A stretch of DNA of 64,000 nt from Ignavibacteria bacterium (GTDB lineage: Bacteria; Bacteroidota; Ignavibacteria; Tepidaquicellales; Tepidaquicellaceae), in NCBI GenBank assembly GCA_015657505.1, contig JADLKE010000002.1:190067-254066 (forward strand). Reading direction: 5' to 3'. Both the position numbers and the translations under genes were made by a program. Below the pieces are notes generated by a model, which was given only the letters and a program-made list of their open reading frames with translations, was not told the origin of the DNA and ran no database searches. Shown in pieces: positions 1-9,794 of the stretch (positions within the stretch are counted from its first letter, which is position 1; each line of letters opens with the position of its first letter).

Positions 1-1532
1 GTCTGTTTCGCGAGGAATGTTATCTTCCACTGTCCTCCGCCGAGATTCGTGAAATAATACTGATTCTGATACAGCGGATGATTCGGCTGGTACAGCCATG
101 CGTTATAGAACCAGGTGAGGTTCACACCCGTCACCGCCGTCATTTTCGTGAAGAAGTCCGGAATCGTCGCGTTCTTTAATTTGAAATTCACAGTATCGGT
201 AGCGTACGCCTTAATTCCCTTGAAGAAAAGAGAATCGCCGAGAGTGTACCTGAGAAGGTGAAGCACGCAGGACGCCTTGCAATAGGTTATGGCGTAATTG
301 AAGAGCGTGTTAGAGTTCGGAGTCGTGACGTCCCAGGAGGGTTCCGATATCGCCCAGCCGGGGTTTGAATTCATATACGAATTCGCGTCACTGTTTATCA
401 TCGACTTATAAGCGGAGTAACCGCCGGTTCTCTCGGCCCAGTAAGATTCGTTCCAGGTGGCGAAACCTTCATTGAGCCAGATGTTCGACCAGGTCGCGCA
501 GGTAATCATATCACCGAACCACTGGTGCGCGTATTCGTGCAGAGTCGTATTTTCATTCCAGGAGTTTATAGTCGTTAAAGTCTGATTCTCCATTCCTCCC
601 CACGTAAATCCCGCGCTGTTCGGCACGTAGCAGAACCCGTTTTTCTCGAAAGGCATCTCGCCGAAGACATTAGAGAAATATGTCGTCGCCGTCGGGAGTA
701 TCGCCGCGATAGAAGAACTGTTCGCCGTCGTGGGCGAATACAGCCTCAACGGAATGCTGTCAGCGGGATGTGAAGGCGGATGCCAGTAAACGATGTTTAT
801 AGTATATCCGACCCTCGAAGTCATTACCATTAAATAAGTGGAGAGCGGATCTCTGCTTATCCAGTGGTAATAAATCGAATCACCCGTGACGAGAGAGTCG
901 TTGAGCCTGCCGTTTGAAGCAAGTCTCACGGTAGAGGGCACCTTCGCGGTTAAATCTAATGTCGCCTTGTCGAACGGCCTGTCGAAGCAGGGGAACCAGC
1001 CGCGCGCGCCTTCAGGCTCGGCATCGGTGAATATATAACCCGTCGAGCCGCTGTTGTAGAAGGATGCGTCGGTCACGTTGTTGTGCCTGTAGTGAATCCT
1101 GATGCTTGCGACTTCATTCACGTTGTAGACTCTGTTAAGTGTAACGTTCAGAATATTGCTCGTGTGCGTGTATGCCAGCAAGGGACCGCCTATGAGCCTT
1201 ATCGAGTCAATAACGAGCGAGGTGTTATTCGCGTTCATCATTATCGACGACAGCGTCGAATCGACCTTGAATGTCATTACGTTAGAAGCGGTGAACGCTT
1301 TCGAATAAGGCGAAAAATAATTCGAGTAGAGGTCCACCTTTATTGTATAATTCAGTACATCATACGAATGCCTCGGTGTGTTGGGTGAATAGATTGAGAA
1401 GTTTTCGGGAAGCGTCATCTTTGTTCTTTTCTGCGAACAAACCTGCGAACCCCTCATTTGAGTCTGGTCCTGCGCTATCAACGATGAAGCGAACACGCAA
1501 AGGAGCAGAACCGCGGTAAAGATCTTTTTCAT
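1..1532 (-). CDS. M1-family zinc metallopeptidase (aminopeptidase N-like); C-terminus lies beyond window start
   Basis: Own translation of the minus strand. ATG at 1532-1530, signal peptide MKKIFTAVLLLCVFASS, GGMEN motif (~585-600) and HEYAHQWFGD..WLNEGFATW (HExxH+E, ~470-540). The ORF stays open to base 1, so it is missing from the ORF track. Paralog of 1599..3506. Confidence 0.8.
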   Translation of the reverse strand, partial: MKKIFTAVLLLCVFASSLIAQDQTQMRGSQVCSQKRTKMTLPENFSIYSPNTPRHSYDVLNYTIKVDLYSNYFSPYSKAFTASNVMTFKVDSTLSSIMMNANNTSLVIDSIRLIGGPLLAYTHTSNILNVTLNRVYNVNEVASIRIHYRHNNVTDASFYNSGSTGYIFTDAEPEGARGWFPCFDRPFDKATLDLTAKVPSTVRLASNGRLNDSLVTGDSIYYHWISRDPLSTYLMVMTSRVGYTINIVYWHPPSHPADSIPLRLYSPTTANSSSIAAILPTATTYFSNVFGEMPFEKNGFCYVPNSAGFTWGGMENQTLTTINSWNENTTLHEYAHQWFGDMITCATWSNIWLNEGFATWNESYWAERTGGYSAYKSMINSDANSYMNSNPGWAISEPSWDVTTPNSNTLFNYAITYCKASCVLHLLRYTLGDSLFFKGIKAYATDTVNFKLKNATIPDFFTKMTAVTGVNLTWFYNAWLYQPNHPLYQNQYYFTNLGGGQWKITFLAKQ

Positions 1533-1598
1533 TTTAGTGGAATTAATATTAAAAATATATTTTATAAATATAACTAAACACTTTTTCAATTTATATTG

Positions 1599-3506
1599 CT
1601 ATCGTATGTAAATCATCTTTTTCGAATCGATGTCGCTGCCCGATTTCAGGACGCAGAAGTAAATACCCGACGCGAGATTTACGGGTGTGAATTTCACCTG
1701 AAAGTTGCCGGGCCTCATTTTAGCGTTCACGAGTACAGCAATTTCCCTTCCGCGCACGTCGTAAACTGTAAGCGAAACGTCGTCGTACTTGTTTACGTGA
1801 TACGCTATCACAGTAGCGGGATTGAACGGATTCGGATAATTCTGATCGAGCCTGAAATCTATCGGCTCGACGGGGTCGTCTCCCGTTTTATCCTTAAGAA
1901 TGAAGTTTCCCGGGTCGAACGTCAGCCGCAAAGGCTCGCCCGTTATAGTAAAAACGAACGTCTGTGTCTGCGAGTTGTTGAACACGGTAACGGTAGTGTC
2001 GCCCGATTTCGTTTCAACCTTCACGTCAACAGGCATCGTGAAAAAAACGGGATTCGTGTTAACCGCCTGTTCAACGAGAAGATTCACATCGTAAGAGTTT
2101 CCGCCCACCTGCGACTTGCCCCAAGTGATTCTATATTTCGGATATTTTTCCCCGTATATCCATTCGTAAAAGAAATAACCGAGGCTCTTCCCGTATTTGC
2201 TTTCGGCGATTCTCTGGAAGTCTTCCGTTACTGCTGTACCGTAAGCGTGAAGTGTGTCGTTAACGTATGATTTCATTATGTCATAAAACAACGAATCGCC
2301 AGTTACGCCTCTCAGCATGTGAAGTATGACACCGCCCTTATAATATGAACGGTTCGTGTTGAATATCTCGCTTATTGAACCCGCGTTCTGGACATAAACC
2401 GTTCCGACCGCGTTTTTCGCGCTGTTCATTTTCTGCAGCATGAAATAATCATACGCTTCCCTGCCCTGCGAAGCTTCTATATAAACCGCTTCCGAATAAG
2501 TGGCGAAACCTTCGTTGAGCCAGATGTGATGGAAGTCCCTGCAAGTGACCTTGTCTCCGTACCACTGATGAGACAACTCGTGCGCTATTACTCCCGGCGT
2601 GAACGCTCCCATCGACGAAATCGTCTGGTGTTCCATTCCGCCTCCCCATCCGAACTGCGCGTGCCCGTATTTTTCCCTTATGAAAGGATACTGAGAATAT
2701 TTTTCCGAAAAGACTCTCATCATTTCAGGCGTCTCGTCAAGATTGCTCTTTAAACTGCCGAGATATTCAGGATAAACATAATGCGTGAGTGTAAGTGAAT
2801 CAGTCTGCGAATATCTGAAATAATTTTTATATAGTGCGTAGTTAGAAACCGCGATGGATATGAGGTAACTCGCTATCGGGTAAGAACCCTTCCACCTGTA
2901 CGTAGTCGTATTGTCGGGATTCGTTATTGTTTCTTTAAGAAGCCCGTTCGAAACCGCGGTCAGCGACGACGGGCAGGTTACCCACACATCGGAAGAATCT
3001 GCTTTATCGGCCGGCGCGTTCTTGTTAGGAAACCAGTCGGACGAGCCGTACGGCTCGCTTAGACTCCATATCGAAGGCTCCGGGCCGTGTGATGAAAAAA
3101 CAAAACTTCCGTATCCCGTCGCGGGAGGCAGTCCCCTGTAATAAACGTTAACGGCGAACTCTGACGAAAGAGAATTTAAATTGACGCGAAGTACGTCGTT
3201 CGAATGCGTGAACGACCCGATGTTCGCACCCGTAACGGAATCAACCGTCAGGGAATTTGCAAGATTAAGAAAAAATGAATTCCCCGGCGTTATAAATTTT
3301 CCGTTTACCGTTGTTATTCCTTTTATGTTGTCGGGATTGATTGATAGTTTTAACTGAAGTTTGTAATAGGTAACGTCAATCGTTGTATCGGTTTGTATGA
3401 CGGAAGAATTGTCTCCCGCACCCGAATAAAAAGGCAGCGTGGACTTATCACCCGCGGCGTGAAAACCGAGATAATAGAACAACAATAATGCGATTGTAAG
3501 TTTCAT
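1599..3506 (-). CDS. M1-family zinc metallopeptidase with T9SS C-terminal sorting domain
   Basis: 635-aa ORF with a signal peptide. GGGMEHQ and HELSHQWYGD...WLNEGFATY form the M1 signature. The C-terminal LDQNYPNPFNPATVI...KKMIYIR is a T9SS CTD. Confidence 0.88.
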   Translation of the reverse strand: MKLTIALLLFYYLGFHAAGDKSTLPFYSGAGDNSSVIQTDTTIDVTYYKLQLKLSINPDNIKGITTVNGKFITPGNSFFLNLANSLTVDSVTGANIGSFTHSNDVLRVNLNSLSSEFAVNVYYRGLPPATGYGSFVFSSHGPEPSIWSLSEPYGSSDWFPNKNAPADKADSSDVWVTCPSSLTAVSNGLLKETITNPDNTTTYRWKGSYPIASYLISIAVSNYALYKNYFRYSQTDSLTLTHYVYPEYLGSLKSNLDETPEMMRVFSEKYSQYPFIREKYGHAQFGWGGGMEHQTISSMGAFTPGVIAHELSHQWYGDKVTCRDFHHIWLNEGFATYSEAVYIEASQGREAYDYFMLQKMNSAKNAVGTVYVQNAGSISEIFNTNRSYYKGGVILHMLRGVTGDSLFYDIMKSYVNDTLHAYGTAVTEDFQRIAESKYGKSLGYFFYEWIYGEKYPKYRITWGKSQVGGNSYDVNLLVEQAVNTNPVFFTMPVDVKVETKSGDTTVTVFNNSQTQTFVFTITGEPLRLTFDPGNFILKDKTGDDPVEPIDFRLDQNYPNPFNPATVIAYHVNKYDDVSLTVYDVRGREIAVLVNAKMRPGNFQVKFTPVNLASGIYFCVLKSGSDIDSKKMIYIR

Positions 3507-3785
3507 CTATCACTTTCTTGTATAATGTATAATTTTATTTCGTATTAATAAATTCCAAAAGCCGCAATTTTTATTTGACGGCGGGATTCGCTTAAACCAC
3601 TAAAATGGAAAATCCGACACGTCGGACACGGGCAAAATCAGGAAGACAATTATATTCACGATCGGGTTAGCAATATATGTCAATACATTGATATGGATGT
3701 CAGAAAATTGCATAATATTTCCCAATAATGACATATATTTCAAATACCCCCTTTAAAAACAATCAATAATCGCACTTTTCAAATT

Positions 3786-3801
3786 TGGCACACGACTTGA
3801 T
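3786..3801 (+). promoter_or_regulatory. sigma-54-like -24/-12 element upstream of hsp20 (tentative)
   Basis: TGGCAC-acgac-TTGAT about 65 nt upstream of the hsp20 ATG. The GG element and spacing fit TGGCAC-N5-TTGCW, but the -12 element has A where C is expected. Confidence 0.3.
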
Positions 3802-3865
3802 ATACATTAGAGCGTAACATTGAAAATCAAAAATTATAAATTAAAATATAGTAAGGAGATTTAAA

Positions 3866-4297
3866 ATGAACTTAATAAAATTTAAAAAAGACGGCGACCT
3901 GATTAACGATGCTTTCAGGTCTATTTTCGATTCACCCTTCTTCAGGGGCGACGTACTCGACGCGTCAAGTTATACACCCAGAACAAGAATCACAGAGGAC
4001 AAGGACAGTTTCTATATCAACCTTGAACTCCCGGGTATCGCGAAAGAGAACGTGAAGATTGAAGTCGAAAACAACCTGCTTTCGATAAAGGGCGAAAAGA
4101 AATCGCAAAGCAAATCCGAAGACACGAACCTCGTTATGAACGAAATAGTGTACGGCGAGTTTTGCAGGTCATTCAATCTTTCGAAAGACATCAAGGTTGA
4201 CGGAATCGAAGCGGAATTTAAAGACGGTATGCTCACCATCACTTTACCTAAAGTCGAAGAAGCAAAACCGGTGGTTAAAGAAATAAAATTGAAATAA
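3866..4297 (+). CDS. Hsp20/alpha-crystallin family small heat-shock protein
   Basis: 143 aa with an alpha-crystallin domain pattern (FYINLELPGIAKENVKIEVENNLLSIKGEKK ... AEFKDGMLTITLPK). AAGGAG Shine-Dalgarno site just upstream. Confidence 0.92.
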   Translation: MNLIKFKKDGDLINDAFRSIFDSPFFRGDVLDASSYTPRTRITEDKDSFYINLELPGIAKENVKIEVENNLLSIKGEKKSQSKSEDTNLVMNEIVYGEFCRSFNLSKDIKVDGIEAEFKDGMLTITLPKVEEAKPVVKEIKLK

Positions 4298-4321
4298 CTT
4301 TCACAAACAGACGTCTAAACT

Positions 4322-4355
4322 ACGGAACTGCCTGCGGATACGCGGGTAGTTCCGT
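4322..4355 (+). terminator. strong stem-loop between hsp20 and dnaK (terminator/attenuator or processing site)
   Basis: ACGGAACT(G)CCTGCG-GATA-CGCGGG(T)AGTTCCGT gives about 15 paired positions. It is followed only by a TTT run and lies 26 nt before the dnaK ATG. Confidence 0.45.
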
Positions 4356-4381
4356 TTAAAGAAAGTGAGGCTTTTAAATTA

Positions 4382-6319
4382 ATGGGAAAAATTATTGGAA
4401 TAGATTTAGGTACGACTAACTCGTGCGTTGCGGTTATGGAAGGTAACGATCCTGTTGTTATACCAAACTCGGAAGGTATGCGGACAACCCCCTCGGTTGT
4501 CGCGTTCACCAAAACAGGAGAGCGGCTCGTCGGAGACCCTGCTAAAAGGCAGGCTGTCACTAATCCGACGAACACTGTATTCTCCATAAAAAGATTCATG
4601 GGGCGCAAGTTCGACGAAGTCGGAATGGAAATCGGCGAAGTCCCGTATAAAGTGATCAGAGGCGATAACGATGTAGCGCGCGTGGAAATCGATGACAAGA
4701 GCACGAATCAGAAACGCGTCTATTCTCCGCCTGAAATCTCCGCTATGGTTCTTCAGAAAATGAAGAAGACAGCGGAAGATTATCTCGGACAGACGGTAAC
4801 CGAAGCGGTCATAACCGTTCCGGCTTACTTCAACGACGCTCAGAGACAGGCGACAAAAGACGCGGGCAAGATAGCGGGACTCGACGTGAAAAGAATAATC
4901 AACGAACCGACAGCGGCGGCGCTTGCTTACGGTCTCGACAAGAAGAAAAAGAACCACAAGGTGGCGGTGTTCGACCTTGGCGGTGGAACGTTCGATATCT
5001 CTATTCTCGAACTCGGCGACGGAGTATTTGAAGTAAAATCAACGAACGGCGACGGGCACCTCGGAGGCGATGACTTTGACCAGAGACTTATTGAATATCT
5101 CGCGGAAGAATTCCAGAAGAAGGAAGGAATCAATTTAAGAAAAGACCCGATGGCATTGCAGAGACTGAAAGAAGCCGCAGAAAACGCGAAGAAGCAGTTG
5201 TCAACAAGTTCGCAGACCGAGGTTAACCTTCCGTACATTACTGCGACAGCCGACGGTCCGAAGTTCCTTCTCGAAACAATAACGCGCGCGAAGTTTGAAT
5301 CGCTCGTCAGTGACCTGGTCGAAAGTACCGTCGCTCCGTGTGAAAAGGCGCTTAGGGATTCGGGATTCAGCCTGAATGAAATCGACGAAGTTATTTTAGT
5401 AGGCGGCTCGACAAGGATTCCAATGGTTCAGGAAAGAGTGAAACAGATTTTCGGAAAAGAGCCGCATAAAGGCGTCAACCCGGACGAAGTCGTGGCGATA
5501 GGCGCTTCGATTCAGGGCGGCGTTCTCGCTGGCGACGTGACGGACGTGCTTCTTCTCGACGTTACACCGCTTTCTCTCGGCATCGAAACACTCGGAGGCG
5601 TCATGACGAAACTCATAGAAGCTAACACGACGATTCCGACTAAGAAGTCGCAGATATTTTCCACGGCGGGCGACAATCAGCCTTCGGTTGAAATTCACGT
5701 CCTTCAGGGCGAAAGACCTATGGCAATGGATAACCGCACGCTCGGAAGATTCCATCTCGACGGGATTCCTCCCGCACCGAGAGGAGTTCCGCAAATCGAA
5801 GTTACATTCGACATAGACGCGAACGGCATTCTTCACGTTACGGCGAAAGATATGGGCACGGGAAAAACGCAGGACATCAGAATTACACACTCGAGCGGAC
5901 TTACGGATCAGGAAATTGAAAAGATGAAGAAGGACGCGAAGGAGCACGAAGCGGACGACAAGAAGAAGAGAGAGGAAATCAACACTAAGAATCAGGCTGA
6001 CGCGATGATATTTCAGGGTGAAAAACAGTTGAAGGAATTCGAAGGAAAACTCAGCCAGGACGCGAGAGCGAAGATTCAATCCGCAATCGACAGGCTGAAA
6101 GACGCGGTGAAGACAAACAACGCAACGGAAATTAAATCCGCGATGGACCAGTACAACGCAGCCTGGAACGAAGCTTCCTCGCAAATGTACTCTCAGGCGA
6201 AGAATCAGGGATCCGAGCAGGGACAGCAATCCGCCGGTCAGCAGGGCGCGGGCGAACAGAAGAAGGACGACGGCAACGTTGAAAATGCGGACTTCGAAGT
6301 CGTTGACGATAAGAAATAA
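4382..6319 (+). CDS. dnaK: molecular chaperone DnaK (Hsp70)
   Basis: 645 aa with [17 protein letters not shown] and [11 protein letters not shown] motifs and an acidic C-terminal tail. Confidence 0.98.
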   Translation: MGKIIGIDLGTTNSCVAVMEGNDPVVIPNSEGMRTTPSVVAFTKTGERLVGDPAKRQAVTNPTNTVFSIKRFMGRKFDEVGMEIGEVPYKVIRGDNDVARVEIDDKSTNQKRVYSPPEISAMVLQKMKKTAEDYLGQTVTEAVITVPAYFNDAQRQATKDAGKIAGLDVKRIINEPTAAALAYGLDKKKKNHKVAVFDLGGGTFDISILELGDGVFEVKSTNGDGHLGGDDFDQRLIEYLAEEFQKKEGINLRKDPMALQRLKEAAENAKKQLSTSSQTEVNLPYITATADGPKFLLETITRAKFESLVSDLVESTVAPCEKALRDSGFSLNEIDEVILVGGSTRIPMVQERVKQIFGKEPHKGVNPDEVVAIGASIQGGVLAGDVTDVLLLDVTPLSLGIETLGGVMTKLIEANTTIPTKKSQIFSTAGDNQPSVEIHVLQGERPMAMDNRTLGRFHLDGIPPAPRGVPQIEVTFDIDANGILHVTAKDMGTGKTQDIRITHSSGLTDQEIEKMKKDAKEHEADDKKKREEINTKNQADAMIFQGEKQLKEFEGKLSQDARAKIQSAIDRLKDAVKTNNATEIKSAMDQYNAAWNEASSQMYSQAKNQGSEQGQQSAGQQGAGEQKKDDGNVENADFEVVDDKK

Positions 6320-6347
6320 CCTATAATATATAATACTTCGAAACACG

Positions 6348-6376
6348 AATCCCCTCTTTTGAGGGGATTTTTTTTA
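6348..6376 (+). terminator. rho-independent terminator of dnaK
   Basis: AATCCCCTC-TTTT-GAGGGGATT followed by T7, 29 nt after the dnaK stop. Confidence 0.85.
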
Positions 6377-6525
6377 CCCGATATTCAGCCGCGAATATCA
6401 CGAATTTTATTTTTTTCTTCCTCCCCAAGTTCCGAGTTGGGAAGTAGAAAAAGTATAATCGCCCCGCCTCTTTGAATTTTTCAAAAATAAATGTGTTGTA
6501 ATGAAAAAGGGCAAATAATACTATT

Positions 6526-7392
6526 ATGGTTTCAAACACACAAAAAGAAAAAGCCGAAAGATTCCTGAAATATCATCACGACAAAGAAATACTGGTTCTT
6601 TTAAATTCCTGGGACATCAGTAGTTCCAGAATAATAGAAGCATGCGGTTACAAAGCAATCGCTACAACGAGCATGGGAATTGCGGCCTCATTGGGCTATC
6701 CCGATTGTCAGATAATAAAATTGTCCGAAATGATTGATGTCGTAAGGGGAATCGCAAACTCGGTGCAGGTTCCTGTGACCGTCGATATAGAAGCGGGATA
6801 TGGGAATAACACGGATGAAATAATTAAATCTGTAAAAGAGTTTATCGCGACAGGGATTAGCGGAATAAACATCGAAGACAGCATTGATTTAAGCCCAGTA
6901 TTAATCGACGAGACTGAATTTTGCGAAAGAATTTCAGCGATACGCGAATTATCGGAATCACTCGGCTTTCATCTTGTAATCAACGCGAGAACCGATTCAT
7001 TCTACACATCACCCGGTTCGCCGAAGAAAAATTTATCCGAGTCGATAAAACGCGGCAACAAGTACCGTGAGGCGGGAGCGGACTGCATTTTTGTTCAGCC
7101 TGTTTGGGATAAAGAAACAATCGCAACTCTCGTCAGAGAAATCAAAGCACCTGTAAACATTCTCGCGAATCCGTCAACCGGAGCGGGTTTGCCGCCGTCT
7201 GTTAGCGAACTGCAGGATTTAGGAATCGCGCGATTAAGTCTCGGCTCAAGCCTGATGAAAGCGACGCTGGCGCTTATAAAAAAAGCCGCTGACGAAATTT
7301 CGGAAAAAGGAACTTACAACGTTTTATCGGATGCTCTCACACCGCTTCCGGACGCGGTACTGGCTTACAAAATGACGATAGGAAAACAATAA
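6526..7392 (+). CDS. isocitrate lyase / PEP mutase family protein
   Basis: 288 aa with the family pattern ATTSMGIAASLGYPD, VDIEAGYG, INIEDS. Confidence 0.8.
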   Translation: MVSNTQKEKAERFLKYHHDKEILVLLNSWDISSSRIIEACGYKAIATTSMGIAASLGYPDCQIIKLSEMIDVVRGIANSVQVPVTVDIEAGYGNNTDEIIKSVKEFIATGISGINIEDSIDLSPVLIDETEFCERISAIRELSESLGFHLVINARTDSFYTSPGSPKKNLSESIKRGNKYREAGADCIFVQPVWDKETIATLVREIKAPVNILANPSTGAGLPPSVSELQDLGIARLSLGSSLMKATLALIKKAADEISEKGTYNVLSDALTPLPDAVLAYKMTIGKQ

Positions 7393-7450
7393 TGAATCAA
7401 AACTTTCCGGAAGAAAATAAAGACTTAAAATCAAAAAACATAAATTTACT

Positions 7451-8017
7451 ATGAGAAAACTCATTGCAGCAATCAATATGACGATTGACGGGTTTTGTGA
7501 CCACACCGTCGGTATCGCGGATGATGAACTTCATCAGCATTACAACGAACTTTTAAGCAATGCGGACTCACTTTTATTCGGAAGGATAACATATCAATTG
7601 ATGGAAAGTTACTGGCCGTCTGTCGCAAAGCATCCTACCGGCAACAAGCCGGGCGATGAATTCGCCGTATTAATAGACAACATTCAAAAAATTGTTTTTT
7701 CAAGAACGCTTCGACACATTGAATGGAAAAATACAATATTGAAAAATGAAATCGTGAAAGAGGAAATTTTAAAACTCAAGCAGCAATCAGGAAAAAATAT
7801 TTTTGCGGGCAGCCCCAGTTTAATAGTAACCTTGTCGCGGCTCGGCTTAATTGATGAATATATACTGTGCGTTCATCCAATTATATCGGGAAGCGGACTG
7901 ACATTATTTAAAAACATCAACGACAGAATCAACCTAAAACTCATACGAACAAAAACTTTTAACTCCGGCGCAATAGTTCTTTATTATGAGCCGGCAAAAT
8001 CTTATGAAGCTTATTAA
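7451..8017 (+). CDS. dihydrofolate reductase family protein (RibD C-terminal domain type), paralog 1
   Basis: 188 aa with N-terminal MRKLIAAINMTIDGF and ...LLFGRITYQLMESYWP, typical of RibD_C/YwjB-like proteins. Confidence 0.8.
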   Translation: MRKLIAAINMTIDGFCDHTVGIADDELHQHYNELLSNADSLLFGRITYQLMESYWPSVAKHPTGNKPGDEFAVLIDNIQKIVFSRTLRHIEWKNTILKNEIVKEEILKLKQQSGKNIFAGSPSLIVTLSRLGLIDEYILCVHPIISGSGLTLFKNINDRINLKLIRTKTFNSGAIVLYYEPAKSYEAY

Positions 8018-8046
8018 AGTATAAATAATAAAGGGAGACAAAAAAA

Positions 8047-8640
8047 ATGAGAAAAATAATCGTTTTATCTTTTTTATCACTTGACGGAGTAATGCAGGCG
8101 CCGGGCGGGCCCGATGAGGACAAGGAAGGCGGGTTCAAGTACGGCGGCTGGGTAACACCGTATTTTGACGAAGCAAGCGGAAAGTTAATGGGAAAACAGA
8201 TGAAGCCCGCGGATCTTCTTTTGGGCAGAAAAACCTACGAAATTTTCGCTTCGTACTGGCCTTCGCACGGTGACGTCTGGCCTGGAATAAACGACGTGAC
8301 AAAATACGTCCTTTCGAAATCACTGAAAAAGACGGACTGGAATAATTCGGTCATACTAAAAAGCCCTGCCGAAATAAAAGAGTTGAAAAACTCGGAAGGC
8401 GGCGACATTCAGGTTCACGGCAGCGGAGAAATGATTCAGACGCTCCTCAAAAACGATTTAGCGGACGAACTCTGGCTGAAGATATTTCCGGTGATACTTG
8501 GAAAGGGAAAAAGACTATTTGGCAAAGGCGCGATACCTGCAGCATTTGAATTAACGGAAACGACGGTCACGCCGTCGGGCGTAATCTTCGCGAATTACAA
8601 ACGCAGCGGGGATGTGAAAACGGGAACGATTGGAGAGTGA
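8047..8640 (+). CDS. dihydrofolate reductase family protein (RibD_C type), paralog 2
   Basis: 197 aa with SLDGVMQAPGGPDED...LLLGRKTYEIFASYWP. Confidence 0.8.
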   Translation: MRKIIVLSFLSLDGVMQAPGGPDEDKEGGFKYGGWVTPYFDEASGKLMGKQMKPADLLLGRKTYEIFASYWPSHGDVWPGINDVTKYVLSKSLKKTDWNNSVILKSPAEIKELKNSEGGDIQVHGSGEMIQTLLKNDLADELWLKIFPVILGKGKRLFGKGAIPAAFELTETTVTPSGVIFANYKRSGDVKTGTIGE

Positions 8641-8650
8641 CTTTTTTGTT

Positions 8651-8676
8651 CACCACTAAGGCATTAAGGACACCAA
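8651..8676. repeat. solo CACCAC-(9-nt period) repeat related to the GxxExxY cassette ends
   Basis: ttCACCACTAAGGCATTAAGGACACCAA has the same ttCACCAC head and 9-nt NNNNNNCAC periodicity as the inverted repeat at 48166..48193. I found no inverted partner nearby. Confidence 0.4.
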
Positions 8677-8692
8677 ATTAAAATAGAATTAT

Positions 8693-9262
8693 ATGACAAA
8701 AATAATTTCATTTATGCACGTTTCTCTTGACGGTTTTGTTGCGGGACCGAACGGAGAAATGGACTGGATTAAGTTCGATGAAGAATTGTTCGATTACGTC
8801 GGCAAACGGATTAGCGAATGCGACTCCGCGTTGTACGGACGTGTAACTTTTCAGATGATGGAAAATTACTGGCCTACGGCAGCAGAGAAGCCGGAAGCGT
8901 CAAAGCACGACATCGAACATTCGAAATGGTACATGAACGCTCACAAAATTGTTTTATCGAGAACAATGAAAGAGGAAGGTTTATCAAAAACAACTATTAT
9001 CAGGGACAATCTACCTGATAGAATAGAGGAAATAAAACAAAAAGCAGGGAAAGAGATACTGCTTTTCGGCAGCCCGCGTGCGACTCATTCGCTTATTCAA
9101 TTGAATTTTATTGACGGTTACTGGCTGTTTGTTAATCCGATTATTCTCGGACGGGGCATTCCGTTATTTTCGGGCGTCAAAGACAAAATTAATTTAAAAC
9201 TATTGAATACGCGGAAATTCACATGCGGTGTAACCGAACTGGATTATACGGTGGCAGGGTAA
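8693..9262 (+). CDS. dihydrofolate reductase family protein (RibD_C type), paralog 3
   Basis: 189 aa with FMHVSLDGFVAGPNGEMDW...ALYGRVTFQMMENYWP. Confidence 0.8.
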   Translation: MTKIISFMHVSLDGFVAGPNGEMDWIKFDEELFDYVGKRISECDSALYGRVTFQMMENYWPTAAEKPEASKHDIEHSKWYMNAHKIVLSRTMKEEGLSKTTIIRDNLPDRIEEIKQKAGKEILLFGSPRATHSLIQLNFIDGYWLFVNPIILGRGIPLFSGVKDKINLKLLNTRKFTCGVTELDYTVAG

Positions 9263-9306
9263 ATTAATTTCAAGTGACATACGAAAGAAACTTTAATAAA
9301 TTTCAA

Positions 9307-9753
9307 ATGAACATACAAACACAAATCAAAGAATACATAGCAAGTCAGCCCGAACCGAAGCGCGGCGACTTGCAGGAGTTGCACCGCATCATTCCGGAAA
9401 TTATGCCGGGATGCAAATTATGGTTCTTAGACGGGAAAGACGATAAAGGCAAAACTGTTTCCAACCCTAACATAGGATACGGACTTCGTAACATAAAATA
9501 CGCCGATGGAAAAACCAAAGAGTTTTATCAAATTGGTATCAGCGCGAACAAAACCGGAATCTCCGTCTATATACTTGGTATAGATGACAAGACATACTTA
9601 TCAAAAACATTCGGGAAAAAACTTGGCAAGGCAAGCGTTACGGGTTATTGCATTAAATTCAAAACACTTAATGACATAAACATCGAAGTACTAAAAGATG
9701 CGATACGATACGGGTTCGAGGGGAGGAAAGAAGGAAGGGCGCAAAGGGTTTGA
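9307..9753 (+). CDS. DUF1801 (YdhG-like) domain protein
   Basis: MNIQTQIKEYIASQPEPKRGDLQELHRII... pattern. I prefer the ATG at 9307; the track ORF starts at GTG 9274. Confidence 0.6.
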   Translation: MNIQTQIKEYIASQPEPKRGDLQELHRIIPEIMPGCKLWFLDGKDDKGKTVSNPNIGYGLRNIKYADGKTKEFYQIGISANKTGISVYILGIDDKTYLSKTFGKKLGKASVTGYCIKFKTLNDINIEVLKDAIRYGFEGRKEGRAQRV

Positions 9754-9794
9754 TAAAATATTTTTAGAAATAAGAGCACAAAAAAATCAATAGT

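Noticed and set aside
3507-3865. CIRCE/HrcA operator or sigma-32 heat-shock promoter upstream of hsp20.
   Set aside because: There is no TTAGCACTC-N9-GAGTGCTAA. CCCCCTTTA at 3747-3755 resembles a sigma-32 -10 element, but no TTGAAA lies at the right distance.
5396-6346. 316-aa ORF antisense to dnaK. Also 4406..4957, 4315..4704 and 4927..5238.
   Set aside because: These are shadow ORFs on the opposite strand of an unmistakable dnaK. They have low-complexity, Arg/Leu/Ser-rich translations and no motifs.
9274-9306. GTG start at 9274 for the DUF1801 gene.
   Set aside because: The ATG at 9307 gives the family-typical N-terminus (MNIQTQIKEYI...), and the upstream extension adds 11 residues with no support.
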